From Gemmatimonadota bacterium (lineage in GTDB: Bacteria; Gemmatimonadota; Gemmatimonadetes; Palauibacterales; Palauibacteraceae), in assembly GCA_039587355.1 (NCBI GenBank), contig JBDHIO010000009.1, positions 4,907-68,906 on the forward strand: a DNA stretch of 64,000 nucleotides, in the 5' to 3' direction. The notes beneath the pieces are model-generated. The model was not told where the DNA came from and made no database searches. It saw only the letters and a program-made list of their open reading frames with translations. Numbering within the stretch: the stretch's first letter is position 1; each line of letters begins with the position of its first letter. A program made the position numbers and the translations under genes. This document shows, piece after piece, positions 26,825 to 37,171 of the stretch.

Positions 26825-27189
26825 AGACGGATCGGGCGACCCCGAAGAAGGTCCGCCGTCGAACGCTCAGGAGGTGGGCGTTACCGGCGGTCGGAGGGGT
26901 GCTGCTGGTTCTGTCGCTGGCCGCGGTCGTCGGCAGGGGTGAGGAAGGCCGACGGGTTTCGCAGGAGCTGGATCGACTCGAGGAGCGCGAACTGATCCTG
27001 TTCGACCAGCTCGCGGGCGAAGAGGCCAGGGTGGATTCGCTGGGGGCTCTCCCGAGAATGGTGGAAGCCGCAGCGCGGATCGGTCTTCGGCGCGCAGGGG
27101 ACGGGGAGCTGTACCACCTGTCCGACGCGGACGACGAAGGTCGGTCAGGGGTGGGATTAGCGTCCGACATGGCGGACGCGAGCCGGTAA
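26803..27189 (+). CDS. ftsL: FtsL-like cell-division protein (single TM plus coiled coil)
   Basis: GTG start overlapping the rsmH 3' end. Basic N-terminus, TM helix ALPAVGGVLLVLSLAAVVG, then the leucine-rich coiled coil ELDRLEERELILFDQLAGEEARVDSL. Sits at the ftsL position between rsmH and ftsI. Confidence 0.5.
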   Translation: MGELWQLETDRATPKKVRRRTLRRWALPAVGGVLLVLSLAAVVGRGEEGRRVSQELDRLEERELILFDQLAGEEARVDSLGALPRMVEAAARIGLRRAGDGELYHLSDADDEGRSGVGLASDMADASR

Positions 27190-27225
27190 ACGGCGCGTGA
27201 GGATCGGTACTCGGAGGGTGGCCGG

Positions 27226-29241
27226 GTGACACGGTTCGGACTACAGATGACCGGGGACAGGATTCGGGAGGCGCTCGACGGGCGCTCCGAACCCGTGTCG
27301 CCGGCAACGCATGCCCGGCGGCATCGTGCGCTGACATGGGGATTCACCGTCGTGGCGACCCTCTATGCGGCCCGGCTCGGATACCTGCAGTTCCTGCACG
27401 GAGACGAGCTCCGGACGGCCGCGGTGGCGCAGAGCTGGGGCGAGAAAGAGATCCCCGCGCGCCGCGGAGAGATCCTCGACCGGGATGGACAGCCTCTCGT
27501 CTCCGATGACACCCGGTACCAGGCGTTCCTCTCCGTTGCCGACCTCGACATCGATCGCTCTGAGGCCGTTGCGGCGATCGAGGACGTGATCGATATCACC
27601 GCGGATCGCAGGGAGAGGTTGCTCGCCTCTACCGACGGCTGGGAGCCGATCGCGACGGGGGTCACGGACGAGGAGCGCACGCGCCTCGAGTCGAGCCTTT
27701 CGGGCGGTATCGGATTCGATGCCTACCCGGCCCGCCAGTACCCGCGAGGCAGCATCGCCATGCCCCTCATCGGGCGGATCGCTCCCGACGGCGCCGGCCA
27801 GAGCGGGCTCGAGCTCGAGCTCGACGAGCACCTGCGCGGACTTCCGGGGCTTCGAAGAATCCGAGTCGACGCGAAGCGCCGGGAGTATCGACCTGGTGAC
27901 GCGATGCTGAAGGAGCCGCGGCCGGGATACGATGTGGTTCTGACGATCGACGCCGAACTGCAGCGGATCGCCGAGAACGAGCTTGCCCGTGCCCTCGGAG
28001 AGACCGAGGCCGTGGGCGGCGACATCCTCATCTACGACCCGCGCAGCGGCGAGATCCTGGCCGCCGCCAGCGAGAAGCAGGGGGCTGCCGGCGGTACCGT
28101 GCCCGCGTTCTCGGACGCCTACGAGCCCGGATCGACAGCCAAGCCGTTCCTGCTCGCGGCCCTGCTGAACGAAGGCCTCGTGGATCTCGACGAGGTCGTC
28201 GACGTCGAAGGTGGGCAGCTTCGGGACGGCCGACGGGTGATCACCGACGTTCACGGGTTCGATGAGCTCACCGTCCGCGACGTGATCGCTCAGAGCAGTA
28301 ACGTCGGCGCGGCCAAGCTCGCGGATCGGTTGCGCCCGTCGAAGCAGCACGGGTACCTGCGCGACTTCGGCTTCGGCATGCCTACCCAGATCGAGTACCC
28401 GTCCGAGTCGGGCGGCGTGCTCACGCGCGCGTCCGAATGGTCGGGCCTGAGTCCGGCATCGCACGCGATGGGCTACGAGATGGCGACCACCTCGCTTCAG
28501 CTCGTCTCGGCGTACGGAGCCCTCGCGAACGGCGGCCGCCTGATGCGTCCCACGTTGATCAAGGAGATCCGCGACCCGGCCGGGAACGTCGTCTGGTCAG
28601 CGGAGCCCACGGTTGTGAGGCAGGTCGTTCGTCCGGAGGTCGCGAGGACGGTCAGCGAGGTCCTGGCGAACGTCGTCAGCGAAGGGACCGCGAAGCTGGC
28701 CGGGATGGCCCGGCTCTCGGTCGCCGGGAAGACCGGGACCGCGAAGCTGGTCGTCGATGGGGTCTATCCTCCCGGGCGCTACCGCGCATCGTTCGTCGGC
28801 TACGCGCCGGCCGACGACCCGCGGGTGGTGATTCTCACCCGCCTCGAGGACCCGCGAGGGGCCTATTACGGTGGAGCGATCGCGGCTCCCACGAGTCAGG
28901 CGACCCTCCAGGCCGCGCTCGCCGCCGAGGTGGACGCCGTCGATCGGAGGCTGGTCGCCTCGGACGTCGAGCCGCGTCGCTGGTCCGGTGGGGATCCGAC
29001 GTCGGACCAGGGGCCCTTCATCTTCGCGGTGGATCTGCCCGGTGAGTCGTGGAGCCCCCCTGGCCTCGATACGAGGGCAGTGGTGGTCCCGAACCTCCGG
29101 GGATTGCCTGTCCGCGCGGCGGCGTCGCGACTTCACGATCTCGGGCTCAAGGTCGAGTGGTCCGGGAGCCTTACGGTGAAGTCGCAGGAGCCGTCGCCCG
29201 GCATCGAGCTGCGAAAAGGCGAGAAGGTCGTGCTCAGGTAG
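27226..29241 (+). CDS. ftsI: peptidoglycan D,D-transpeptidase FtsI (PBP3) with C-terminal PASTA domain
   Basis: SxxK (STAKP), SxN (SSN) and KTG(T) motifs. C-terminal PASTA-like VVPNLRGLPVRAAASRLHDLGLKVEWSG. Confidence 0.9.
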   Translation: MTRFGLQMTGDRIREALDGRSEPVSPATHARRHRALTWGFTVVATLYAARLGYLQFLHGDELRTAAVAQSWGEKEIPARRGEILDRDGQPLVSDDTRYQAFLSVADLDIDRSEAVAAIEDVIDITADRRERLLASTDGWEPIATGVTDEERTRLESSLSGGIGFDAYPARQYPRGSIAMPLIGRIAPDGAGQSGLELELDEHLRGLPGLRRIRVDAKRREYRPGDAMLKEPRPGYDVVLTIDAELQRIAENELARALGETEAVGGDILIYDPRSGEILAAASEKQGAAGGTVPAFSDAYEPGSTAKPFLLAALLNEGLVDLDEVVDVEGGQLRDGRRVITDVHGFDELTVRDVIAQSSNVGAAKLADRLRPSKQHGYLRDFGFGMPTQIEYPSESGGVLTRASEWSGLSPASHAMGYEMATTSLQLVSAYGALANGGRLMRPTLIKEIRDPAGNVVWSAEPTVVRQVVRPEVARTVSEVLANVVSEGTAKLAGMARLSVAGKTGTAKLVVDGVYPPGRYRASFVGYAPADDPRVVILTRLEDPRGAYYGGAIAAPTSQATLQAALAAEVDAVDRRLVASDVEPRRWSGGDPTSDQGPFIFAVDLPGESWSPPGLDTRAVVVPNLRGLPVRAAASRLHDLGLKVEWSGSLTVKSQEPSPGIELRKGEKVVLR

Positions 29242-29590
29242 CCGGCGAGAGGCTTCGGCAGGGGAACATCGGAACAAGTGCTCGGTGCGGGGGATAGCCG
29301 TACCGACGGATAGAGAGCCGGGTGCGACGCCGCTCAGGGAGCGGTGGCTCAATCGGCCGACGGTACTTCAGCGCAGGAAGGCGGGACGCCGGACTAAAGG
29401 AATCGAGGCCAACGTCAAACGACAGGTGCGGCCGGGGGGTGTGTGGGGATGTGGATGATGACCCGGTTCCAGCCAGGGTACGGCCGTGCCTGTCTTTCTT
29501 ACGGATTCGGCCGCGGCGGATGACCTCCGTCATGCGGCCGGGTTCGGTTCAGGTGCCTCGATCACGCAGCCGGCCCGGAAGACGCACCGC

Positions 29591-31060
29591 GTGCCACAAC
29601 TGACCATCTCAAGCGAACGAGTCGAGCAGAGACTCCTGCACCGCGGCATGCCGCCCCTCCGGGTCGGACAACCGCCCGCGCAATTCTCCGGCTTCGCGTC
29701 GGACTCGCGAGCCGTTCACGAAGGCACTCTTTTCGCTGCTGTCCCGGGCACCCGCGTCGATGGTCACGACTTCGTCGCGGCCGCGGCGGAGGCGGGGGCG
29801 ACGGCGGCCCTGGTCGAGCGCGAACTCGATGTGCCGATCCCTCAATATGTCGTACCGGACGGTCGCCTGGGCGTCGCGCACCTCGCGATGCTGTTCGCCG
29901 GAGATCCCGCTGCGGACATGCGTGTGACCGCCGTGACGGGAACGAACGGCAAGTCCACCACGACGTGGCTCGTTCGCTGGCTTCTGGCCGACTCGGCACC
30001 CTCGGCCGCGGTCGGGACGCTCGGAGTCGTCGACGCGGAGGGCCGGGTAGGGAAGGGATCCCTGACCACGCCCGACCCGATCGACCTCGCCTGGATGCTC
30101 TCGGGGCTCCGCGACGAAGGGGTGGTGAACGTCGCCCTGGAAGCCTCGTCGCACGCCCTCGACCAGCGCCGGATCGACGGGCTGCGCTTCGCCGCCATCG
30201 CCTACACGAGCTTCAGTCGCGAGCACCTCGAGTATCACGCCGACCTCACCGCGTATCGCGACGCCAAGGTGCGGCTCACCGAGCTCCTCTCGACCGGCGG
30301 TGTGTGCGCGGTGAACGCCGACGAGCCCGAGTGGCGCGACCTGCGACCCGCGGACGCCAGAGTGCTGCGCTACGGGTTCGCGGAAGGATCCGATGTTCGG
30401 GCGGTCGACGCCCGGTTCTTCGCGGGTGGTACGGACTTCACCCTGGTGACGCCGGACGGGGAGGCGGACGTCTCGCTACCGTTGCCCGCCGACTTCAACG
30501 TGAGCAACGCGCTCGCGGCGGCCGCGGTCGCCTGGGGTCTGGGTCGCGACGTCGCGGAGGTCGCGGAACGCCTCTCCTCGGCTCCTTCCGTTCCCGGGCG
30601 GATGGAGGTTCTCCGCCGTTCTCCCACGCTGGTATTTCGAGACTACGCGCACACGCCCGACTCGTACGAGCGGGTTCTCGGAACCCTGAGAGGCCTGGTG
30701 CCGGGCCGAGTCGTGGCGGTGTTCGGGTGCGGAGGTGATCGGGACCCCGGCAAACGTCCGATCATGGGAGAGATCGCGACCCGCCTGGCGGATCTGAGCC
30801 TGGTCACGACGGACAATCCGCGCTCTGAGGACCCCGGGGAGATCTGCGCCCAGGTCGTGGAGGGAATCGACCCGGGGCGATACGAGATCGTGCTCGATCG
30901 TCGCGACGCGATCGCCAGGGCGCTCTCCGAGACGGGCCCGGACGACGCGGTGGTTCTGCTCGGGAAGGGACACGAGACCTACCAGCTCATCGGTGACGAG
31001 CGCCTCCCCTTCGACGAGGCTGCGATCGTGGAGGAACTGCTGGTGGGGGCGGGCGCATGA
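29591..31060 (+). CDS. murE: UDP-N-acetylmuramoyl-L-alanyl-D-glutamate--2,6-diaminopimelate ligase MurE
   Basis: DSRAV...LFAAVPGTRVDGHDFV, GTNGKSTT, DNPR. Start uncertain: GTG 29591 or ATG 29648; the ORF track opens at 29486. Confidence 0.85.
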   Translation: MPQLTISSERVEQRLLHRGMPPLRVGQPPAQFSGFASDSRAVHEGTLFAAVPGTRVDGHDFVAAAAEAGATAALVERELDVPIPQYVVPDGRLGVAHLAMLFAGDPAADMRVTAVTGTNGKSTTTWLVRWLLADSAPSAAVGTLGVVDAEGRVGKGSLTTPDPIDLAWMLSGLRDEGVVNVALEASSHALDQRRIDGLRFAAIAYTSFSREHLEYHADLTAYRDAKVRLTELLSTGGVCAVNADEPEWRDLRPADARVLRYGFAEGSDVRAVDARFFAGGTDFTLVTPDGEADVSLPLPADFNVSNALAAAAVAWGLGRDVAEVAERLSSAPSVPGRMEVLRRSPTLVFRDYAHTPDSYERVLGTLRGLVPGRVVAVFGCGGDRDPGKRPIMGEIATRLADLSLVTTDNPRSEDPGEICAQVVEGIDPGRYEIVLDRRDAIARALSETGPDDAVVLLGKGHETYQLIGDERLPFDEAAIVEELLVGAGA

Positions 31061-32439
31061 CGGCGGCACGCGAGCTGGGCTCCGGGATGATCCGCGAGAC
31101 CCTCGGCCTCCCGGATGCCGATTCCGAACGAATGTTCGGAGGGGTTTCGATCGACTCGAGGTCGGTGACGCCCGGGGATCTGTTCGTCGCGCTCAGGGGC
31201 GAGCGCGTGGATGGGGCGGAGTTTCTCGCGCAGGTCGCCGAGGCCGGGGCGACCGGGGCGATCGTCACCAGCGGTCGCGAGGATCACGACCTGCCGCTGG
31301 AGTACTTCGCCGTCGATGACACGGCGGAGGCGCTCACCCGTCTCGCGGCTCGGGTCCGCGCTGACGCGACGGCTCGGGTCGTCGGTGTCACGGGAAGCTC
31401 GGGCAAGACGACCGTGAAGGAGATGATCGCCTGCGCCCTGAGCGGCTCACACCGCGTGTTCCGGACGGAGGGCAACCTGAACAGCCAGATCGGCCTCCCG
31501 CTCTCGATCCTCAGGACGCCCGTGGACGCGGAGTTTTGGGTGCTCGAGATCGGCGCCAGCGAGCCCGGCGAGATTGGTCGCCTGACCGCGCTGGCCGCTC
31601 CCGACGATGTCGTCTTGACCACCGTGGGTGCCGCCCACCTCGAGGCGTTCGGAGACGAAGCCGGCGTGCTGGACGAGAAACTGGACCTGGTGCGAGGCGC
31701 CTCACCCGCCGGGACCGTCGTCGTCGGCGAACTTCCGGCCATGCTGCACAAGGCCGCGCGCGAGCTTCGTCCCGACACGCTGGTCGCGGGCCTCGGGGCC
31801 GCAGCGGACGTCCGACCCGAGACTTCGGTGGTGGGTGCCGAGGCCGTGTCGTTCGATTTCGAAGGACAGCGGTTCGATGTGCCCGCCGGTGGAGAGCACC
31901 ATCTGCGGGACGCCCTGATGGCGGTCGCGATCGCGAAGGCTGCCGATGTTCCGATGGCGGCAGCGGCGACCGGCCTCGCGCGCTACGTCCCGCTGGGGCA
32001 TCGCGGGGCCGTCGTCCGGGTCGGAGACCTGACCGTGCTGGCGGACTGCTACAACGCGAACCCTGAATCATTCGGGGCGGCCATCGCACAGTGCCGCGAC
32101 CTCTACCCCGGGCGACGGCTCGCCGCGTTCGTCGGTTCGATGCTCGAACTCGGCGACCACGAGGCGGCTGCGCACCGGTCGGTGTTGCAGCAGCTGCGCG
32201 CCGCAGGATTCGAGAGCATCGCCGCCACCGGTTTGTTCGCGGGCGTGTCCGAAGCCGGTCCGCTCGTCCAGGTGTCGGAGGACCCGGAGGCGGCCTGGCC
32301 GGCGTTCGCCGCCACGCTGCGTGGCGACGAGGTGGTGCTCGTGAAGGCGTCGCGCGGCGCGCGTCTCGAGAGAGTCCTGGGCTGGCTGGAGAATCGATTC
32401 GGAGTCGGCAACGCACGTCTGACTGGAGAAACTCGCTGA
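31057..32439 (+). CDS. murF: UDP-MurNAc-pentapeptide synthetase MurF
   Basis: GVTGSSGKTT P-loop and Mur ligase domains. ATGA overlap with murE. Confidence 0.9.
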   Translation: MTAARELGSGMIRETLGLPDADSERMFGGVSIDSRSVTPGDLFVALRGERVDGAEFLAQVAEAGATGAIVTSGREDHDLPLEYFAVDDTAEALTRLAARVRADATARVVGVTGSSGKTTVKEMIACALSGSHRVFRTEGNLNSQIGLPLSILRTPVDAEFWVLEIGASEPGEIGRLTALAAPDDVVLTTVGAAHLEAFGDEAGVLDEKLDLVRGASPAGTVVVGELPAMLHKAARELRPDTLVAGLGAAADVRPETSVVGAEAVSFDFEGQRFDVPAGGEHHLRDALMAVAIAKAADVPMAAAATGLARYVPLGHRGAVVRVGDLTVLADCYNANPESFGAAIAQCRDLYPGRRLAAFVGSMLELGDHEAAAHRSVLQQLRAAGFESIAATGLFAGVSEAGPLVQVSEDPEAAWPAFAATLRGDEVVLVKASRGARLERVLGWLENRFGVGNARLTGETR

Positions 32440-33545
32440 TGCTGTTCCATCTGCTCTTTCCGCTCGCGGACCAGCACATCCTGTTCAATGTCTTCCAGTA
32501 CATCTCGTTCCGCGCGGCCGGGGCGATGGTCACGGCGCTGCTGACCGCGTTTCTCGTCGGCCCTCGCGTGATCGGGTGGCTGCAGACGAGGGGCTGGGGA
32601 CAGGTCGTGCGGGCGGAGGGGCCGTCGACCCACCTCAAGAAGGCGGGTACTCCGACGATGGGTGGGCTGATCATCCTCGCGGCCGTCGTTCTGCCGACCG
32701 TCCTGTGGGCGCGGTTCGACCGACCCTTCGTCTGGATCGCATTGGGTGTCACCGCGTGGATGGGCGCGATCGGGTTCATGGACGACTACCTCAAGATCGT
32801 CCGACACGAATCACGCGGTCTGATCGCCCGGTACAAGTTGATCTGGCAGTTCATCCTGGGTCTGGCTCTCGGCGGGCTCCTTCTCGCGATGCCGCTCTCG
32901 GAGTACGGCGCGACACAGACGATGCTGCCGTTCTTCAAGGACTGGAGCGTGGTGATCGTTCCGGCCCTCTTCCCCCTGTTCGTCGCGATCGTCGTCGCTG
33001 GAAGCGCGAACACCGTGAACCTGACCGATGGGCTCGACGGCCTGGCGACCGGGTTGAGCGCCATCGCCGCGATCACGTTCGGTTTGTTCGCGTACGCCGT
33101 GGGTCGGATCGACACGTCGGCGTATCTGGGGGTCTTCTACCTTCCGGGCGCGGGTGAGCTGGCGATCTTCTGCGCGGCCCTGGCGGGTGCCGCGATCGGG
33201 TTCCTGTGGTTCAACGCTCCGCCTGCCCAGGTCTTCATGGGTGACACCGGGTCGCTGGCGCTCGGCGGCGCGATCGGCGCGGTCGCGGTGCTCCTCAAGT
33301 CCGAGTTCCTGCTCGTGATCGTCGGCGGCGTGTTCGTCCTCGAGGGGCTGTCGGTGATCATTCAGACAGGCTGGTTCCGCTACACGAAGAAACGGACGGG
33401 GACGGGACGACGCGTGTTCCGGATGGCACCGCTCCACCACCACTTCGAGAAGCTGGGATGGCCGGAGACCCGGGTCGTGGTTCGGTTCTGGATCCTCGGA
33501 ATCATCTTCGCGCTGGTCAGCCTGGCCACGCTGAAGGTGCGCTGA
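32439..33545 (+). CDS. mraY: phospho-N-acetylmuramoyl-pentapeptide transferase MraY
   Basis: MLFHLLFPL...NLTDGLDGLA...PAQVFMGDTGSLALGG. TGATG overlap with murF. Confidence 0.9.
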   Translation: MLFHLLFPLADQHILFNVFQYISFRAAGAMVTALLTAFLVGPRVIGWLQTRGWGQVVRAEGPSTHLKKAGTPTMGGLIILAAVVLPTVLWARFDRPFVWIALGVTAWMGAIGFMDDYLKIVRHESRGLIARYKLIWQFILGLALGGLLLAMPLSEYGATQTMLPFFKDWSVVIVPALFPLFVAIVVAGSANTVNLTDGLDGLATGLSAIAAITFGLFAYAVGRIDTSAYLGVFYLPGAGELAIFCAALAGAAIGFLWFNAPPAQVFMGDTGSLALGGAIGAVAVLLKSEFLLVIVGGVFVLEGLSVIIQTGWFRYTKKRTGTGRRVFRMAPLHHHFEKLGWPETRVVVRFWILGIIFALVSLATLKVR

Positions 33546-34912
33546 TGCCCCTCTTCGAACGGGGAGATCCCGTCGCGGTTCTCGGGCTCGGAGCCTCCGG
33601 GCTCGCCGCTGCCCGGCTCGCGCACTCCCTCGGGGGCGACGTGTACGCGAGCGACTTCGGGTCCGGATCAGGTCAGGGGCAGGCGGCCGAGTCTCTGTGC
33701 GCCGAAGGGATACGCGCCGAGGCGGGCGGGCACGACATGGATCGGATCCTGTCTTCCGCCGTGGTCATCACGAGTCCCGGCATCGACCCTCGCACCGACG
33801 TCCGGAGCGCGGTCTCGGATGCGGGCCTGCGCACGGTAGCCGAGATCGAACTCGCGTTTCGGAGCCTTCGCTCCAGGGTGATCGGTATCACCGGCACCAA
33901 CGGAAAGACCACCGCGACCGCGCTGTGCGGACACCTGCTCGAGACGGGCGGCGTCTCCGCGGTGACGGCCGGAAACATCGGTCGGCCGCTCTCCGACGTC
34001 GCGATGATGGCCGACCAGCCCGACTGGGCGGTCGTCGAGCTGAGCTCGTTCCAACTGGCCGATCTGGAAACCTTCGCCCCGGCGATCGGGGTGCTGCTCA
34101 ACCTCGCTCCCGACCACCTGGATCGATACGCGAGTCTGGAGAAGTACTACGCCGACAAGGCGTGCCTCTTCGCGAACGCGACAGACGACAGCGCCTGGGT
34201 ACTCAACGGAGACGACCCGGCGGTGATGGACCTCGCGCGCGGGGTCCCGGGCTCACACTACCTGAGTTCGCTCGACGCGCCCGAAGGCGACGGTTCGTTC
34301 GTCGACGACGGCTGGCTGGCGCAGCGCGTCGGTGGCGTCACGACGCGGTGGATGCGCACCGAGGACCTGCCGCTCCCCGGTCGTCACAACTGGATGAACG
34401 CGCTCATGGCCGGGCTCGCCGCCTCACTGGCTGGCTGCCAACCGGAGGCGGTAGGGCGGGGGCTCGGTGGTTTTCGCGGGCTTCCCCACCGGCTCGTGCC
34501 GGTCCGTGAGGTCGACGGCGTGCTGTGGGTGAACGACTCGAAGGCGACGAACATCTCGGCCACGCGAGTCGCGCTGGCGGCGTACGATCGACCGCTCGTC
34601 GTGATGCTCGGAGGCCGGCACAAGGGTGAACCGTACACGTCGCTGCTGCCCGGCGTGGGTGAGGCTCGGGCCGTCGTGGCCTACGGCGAGAGCGCTCCGA
34701 TCATCCAGCGCGAGCTCGGCCCTTCCGTGGACGTGCATCTGGCGAACGGGCTCGAAGACGCGGTGCGCAGGGCGCGGAAGCAAGCGAGATCGGGTGACGT
34801 GGTGCTCTTCTCTCCGGCCTGTTCGAGCTACGACATGTTCCCGAGCTACGCGGTGCGAGGAGACACGTTCGAACGACTGGTCGCGGCGCTCGACACGGAG
34901 GACGACTCATGA
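33545..34912 (+). CDS. murD: UDP-N-acetylmuramoylalanine--D-glutamate ligase MurD
   Basis: VLGLGASGLAAARL Rossmann segment and GITGTNGKTT. Confidence 0.9.
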   Translation: MPLFERGDPVAVLGLGASGLAAARLAHSLGGDVYASDFGSGSGQGQAAESLCAEGIRAEAGGHDMDRILSSAVVITSPGIDPRTDVRSAVSDAGLRTVAEIELAFRSLRSRVIGITGTNGKTTATALCGHLLETGGVSAVTAGNIGRPLSDVAMMADQPDWAVVELSSFQLADLETFAPAIGVLLNLAPDHLDRYASLEKYYADKACLFANATDDSAWVLNGDDPAVMDLARGVPGSHYLSSLDAPEGDGSFVDDGWLAQRVGGVTTRWMRTEDLPLPGRHNWMNALMAGLAASLAGCQPEAVGRGLGGFRGLPHRLVPVREVDGVLWVNDSKATNISATRVALAAYDRPLVVMLGGRHKGEPYTSLLPGVGEARAVVAYGESAPIIQRELGPSVDVHLANGLEDAVRRARKQARSGDVVLFSPACSSYDMFPSYAVRGDTFERLVAALDTEDDS

Positions 34913-36063
34913 CCCAGGCGACGCTCGACTGGGGGCTCGCTCCCGTTCAGACCTCGACCGGTTCGCCCGCGTGGGTGCGACGGGCGCTCCTGTCGCTCAC
35001 CGGCGGCCTCGTTCTGGTCGGACTGCTGTCCGTCTATTCGGCGAGTTCGTTCGCGGCCCAGCAGGCCGGCCTGCCGGCCAGCTATTTCGTGGTGAACCAG
35101 CTCGCCCGGGCCGCGGCCGGCGCCGTCGTCCTGTTCATCGCGTCGTTCGTCGACTATCGCATCTACCGGAAGCTCGCCTGGCCCATACTCGGTTCCGTGG
35201 CGCTCCTGCTGATTCTCGTTGTGCTGCCCTGGACCACGGAGATCGCGCCGGTGCGGAACGGCGCCCGCAGGTGGATCACACTCGGGCCGGTCACCTTCCA
35301 GCCGAGCGAGATCGCCAAGGTCGCCATCGTCATCTGGGTCGCGGCTCTGGCGGAGCGGAAGCAGGACAGACTGCCCTCCTTCCGCGACGGCCTTCTTCCG
35401 TTTCTCATCGTTCTCGGGCCGTTGATCGGGCTCATCCTGATCGAGCCGCATCTGTCGGCCACTCTCATCACGTCGGCCCTCGCGGCGACGGTCCTGTTCG
35501 CCGCGGGCGCGCGCTTTCGCCACTTCGCGATGCTCGCCGCGCCGGCCATCCCGCTCCTGTGGTTCTCGATCCGCAGCAACAGCTACCAGTTGAAGCGGAT
35601 CATGGCGTTCCTGAATCCCGAGGCGGACCTCACAGGGGTCGGGTATCAGCTTCAGCAGGCGCGCATCGCGATCGGCTCGGGCGGGGCGATCGGGGTCGGG
35701 TTCGGCGAGAGCACTCAGAAGCTCCAGTACCTTCCAGAGCCGCAGAACGACTTCATCTTCCCGATCATCGCGGAGGAGTGGGGGTTCATCGGCGCGACCA
35801 TCCTGTTGGGGGCGTTCCTCTTCTGGACCCTCCTCGGGTTTCGCATCGCCTCGTCGGCCCCCGATCTGTTCGGGCGTCTGCTCGCCATCGGGCTGACCGG
35901 GATCGTCGCCCTCGGCGCGTTCCTCCACATGGGGATCACCATGGGTGTGCTTCCGACGACCGGCGTGAGTCTGCCCTTCATCAGCGCGGGCGGGACGGGG
36001 ATCGTCGTAGCCCTCGGGGTGACGGGAGTTCTCCTGAACATCGCGTCGAAGCGCAGCGCCTGA
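34909..36063 (+). CDS. ftsW: SEDS-family peptidoglycan glycosyltransferase FtsW
   Basis: 10-TM SEDS protein with FQPSEIAK and PEPQNDFIFPII motifs. ATGA overlap. Confidence 0.9.
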   Translation: MTQATLDWGLAPVQTSTGSPAWVRRALLSLTGGLVLVGLLSVYSASSFAAQQAGLPASYFVVNQLARAAAGAVVLFIASFVDYRIYRKLAWPILGSVALLLILVVLPWTTEIAPVRNGARRWITLGPVTFQPSEIAKVAIVIWVAALAERKQDRLPSFRDGLLPFLIVLGPLIGLILIEPHLSATLITSALAATVLFAAGARFRHFAMLAAPAIPLLWFSIRSNSYQLKRIMAFLNPEADLTGVGYQLQQARIAIGSGGAIGVGFGESTQKLQYLPEPQNDFIFPIIAEEWGFIGATILLGAFLFWTLLGFRIASSAPDLFGRLLAIGLTGIVALGAFLHMGITMGVLPTTGVSLPFISAGGTGIVVALGVTGVLLNIASKRSA

Positions 36064-36064
36064 C

Positions 36065-37171
36065 GTGGCGGGCGCGCGGATTCTGTTCACGGGCGGCGGT
36101 ACGGGAGGTCATCTGTACCCTGCCCTGAACATCGCCGCGGCGATCCATGGGCTCGACCCGTCGGCCGAGTGTTACTTCGTGGGCAGTCGACGGGGGATCG
36201 AATCCACCGTTCTGCCGGACGCCGGGTACCCACACCGCCTCCTCCCCCTCGAGCCGATACGGCGTGCGAAGCCGTGGCGGAATTGGCGGCTGCTCGCGAC
36301 CGCTCCGTCCGTCATCTCCGGCGTGTCCTCCGTCTTCCGGTCCTTTCGCCCGCACGTCGTCGTCGGAACCGGGGGGTACGTGTCGGGCGCGGCTCTCGCG
36401 TGGGGGCGGCTGACGGGCGTGCCGATCGTGCTGCAGGAGCAGAACGCCGAGCCGGGCTTCGTGACGAGACTCATGGCGAAGAGTGCGAGGCAGATCCACC
36501 TCGGATATCCGGAGGCCCGGCCACGTCTCTCCGTCGGTCCGGGCACGCGGATCCACGACACGGGGAACCCGGTCGCCGCCACGCGTGACGGTGACACGTA
36601 TCGATGGCCTGCCGGCCGCGTCCTGCTCGTCGTTGGTGGGAGCCAGGGTGCGCTCGGGGTCAACGAGGCCCTGCTGGGCGATCTGGAGACGGTGGAGCCG
36701 GCCGCCTGGCCCGACGACCTGACCGTTGTCTGGATCGCGGGACGCGCGCATGCGGAGTCGCTGGAGCAGCGCGTGGCCGGGCTGCGCGTGGCGGACCGGA
36801 TTCGCGTCGAGCCCTTCATCGCCGGTCTCGGCCGCCAGCTAGGGCATGTCGACCTCGCGCTCAGCCGTTCGGGGGCCATGCTGGTCGCCGAGTTGTGTGC
36901 CGCGTGCGTGCCGTCGGTTCTCGTTCCCCTGCCGACGGCCGCCGCCGATCATCAGACGATCAACGCCACCGCGCTCTCGGATGCGGGAGCCGCCGTGGTG
37001 CGACCGCAGGGCGAACTTCGGAGCGGGGATCTCTGGGCGACCTGTCTCGGCCTCATCCAGGACACCGAAGCGCTCGCGGCCATGGGCGAGGCGGCCCGCA
37101 CACGGGCTCGTCCGCACGCCGCGGAGGAGATCGCGGCTGCGGTTCTCGAACTCGCAGGGGAGGCGACGTGA
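36065..37171 (+). CDS. murG: UDP-GlcNAc:undecaprenyl-PP-MurNAc-pentapeptide GlcNAc transferase MurG
   Basis: GGGTGGHLYPAL N-terminal G-loop. GTG start 2 nt after the ftsW stop. Confidence 0.9.
   Translation: MAGARILFTGGGTGGHLYPALNIAAAIHGLDPSAECYFVGSRRGIESTVLPDAGYPHRLLPLEPIRRAKPWRNWRLLATAPSVISGVSSVFRSFRPHVVVGTGGYVSGAALAWGRLTGVPIVLQEQNAEPGFVTRLMAKSARQIHLGYPEARPRLSVGPGTRIHDTGNPVAATRDGDTYRWPAGRVLLVVGGSQGALGVNEALLGDLETVEPAAWPDDLTVVWIAGRAHAESLEQRVAGLRVADRIRVEPFIAGLGRQLGHVDLALSRSGAMLVAELCAACVPSVLVPLPTAAADHQTINATALSDAGAAVVRPQGELRSGDLWATCLGLIQDTEALAAMGEAARTRARPHAAEEIAAAVLELAGEAT

Noticed and set aside
31511-32779. 422-aa - strand ORF across murF/mraY
   Set aside because: Opposite strand of two strongly supported Mur genes. 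Arg-rich.
36604-37167. 5' extension of the murC ORF
   Set aside because: Overlaps murG in another frame. The GTG at 37168 gives the canonical MurC N-terminus and a GTGA coupling.
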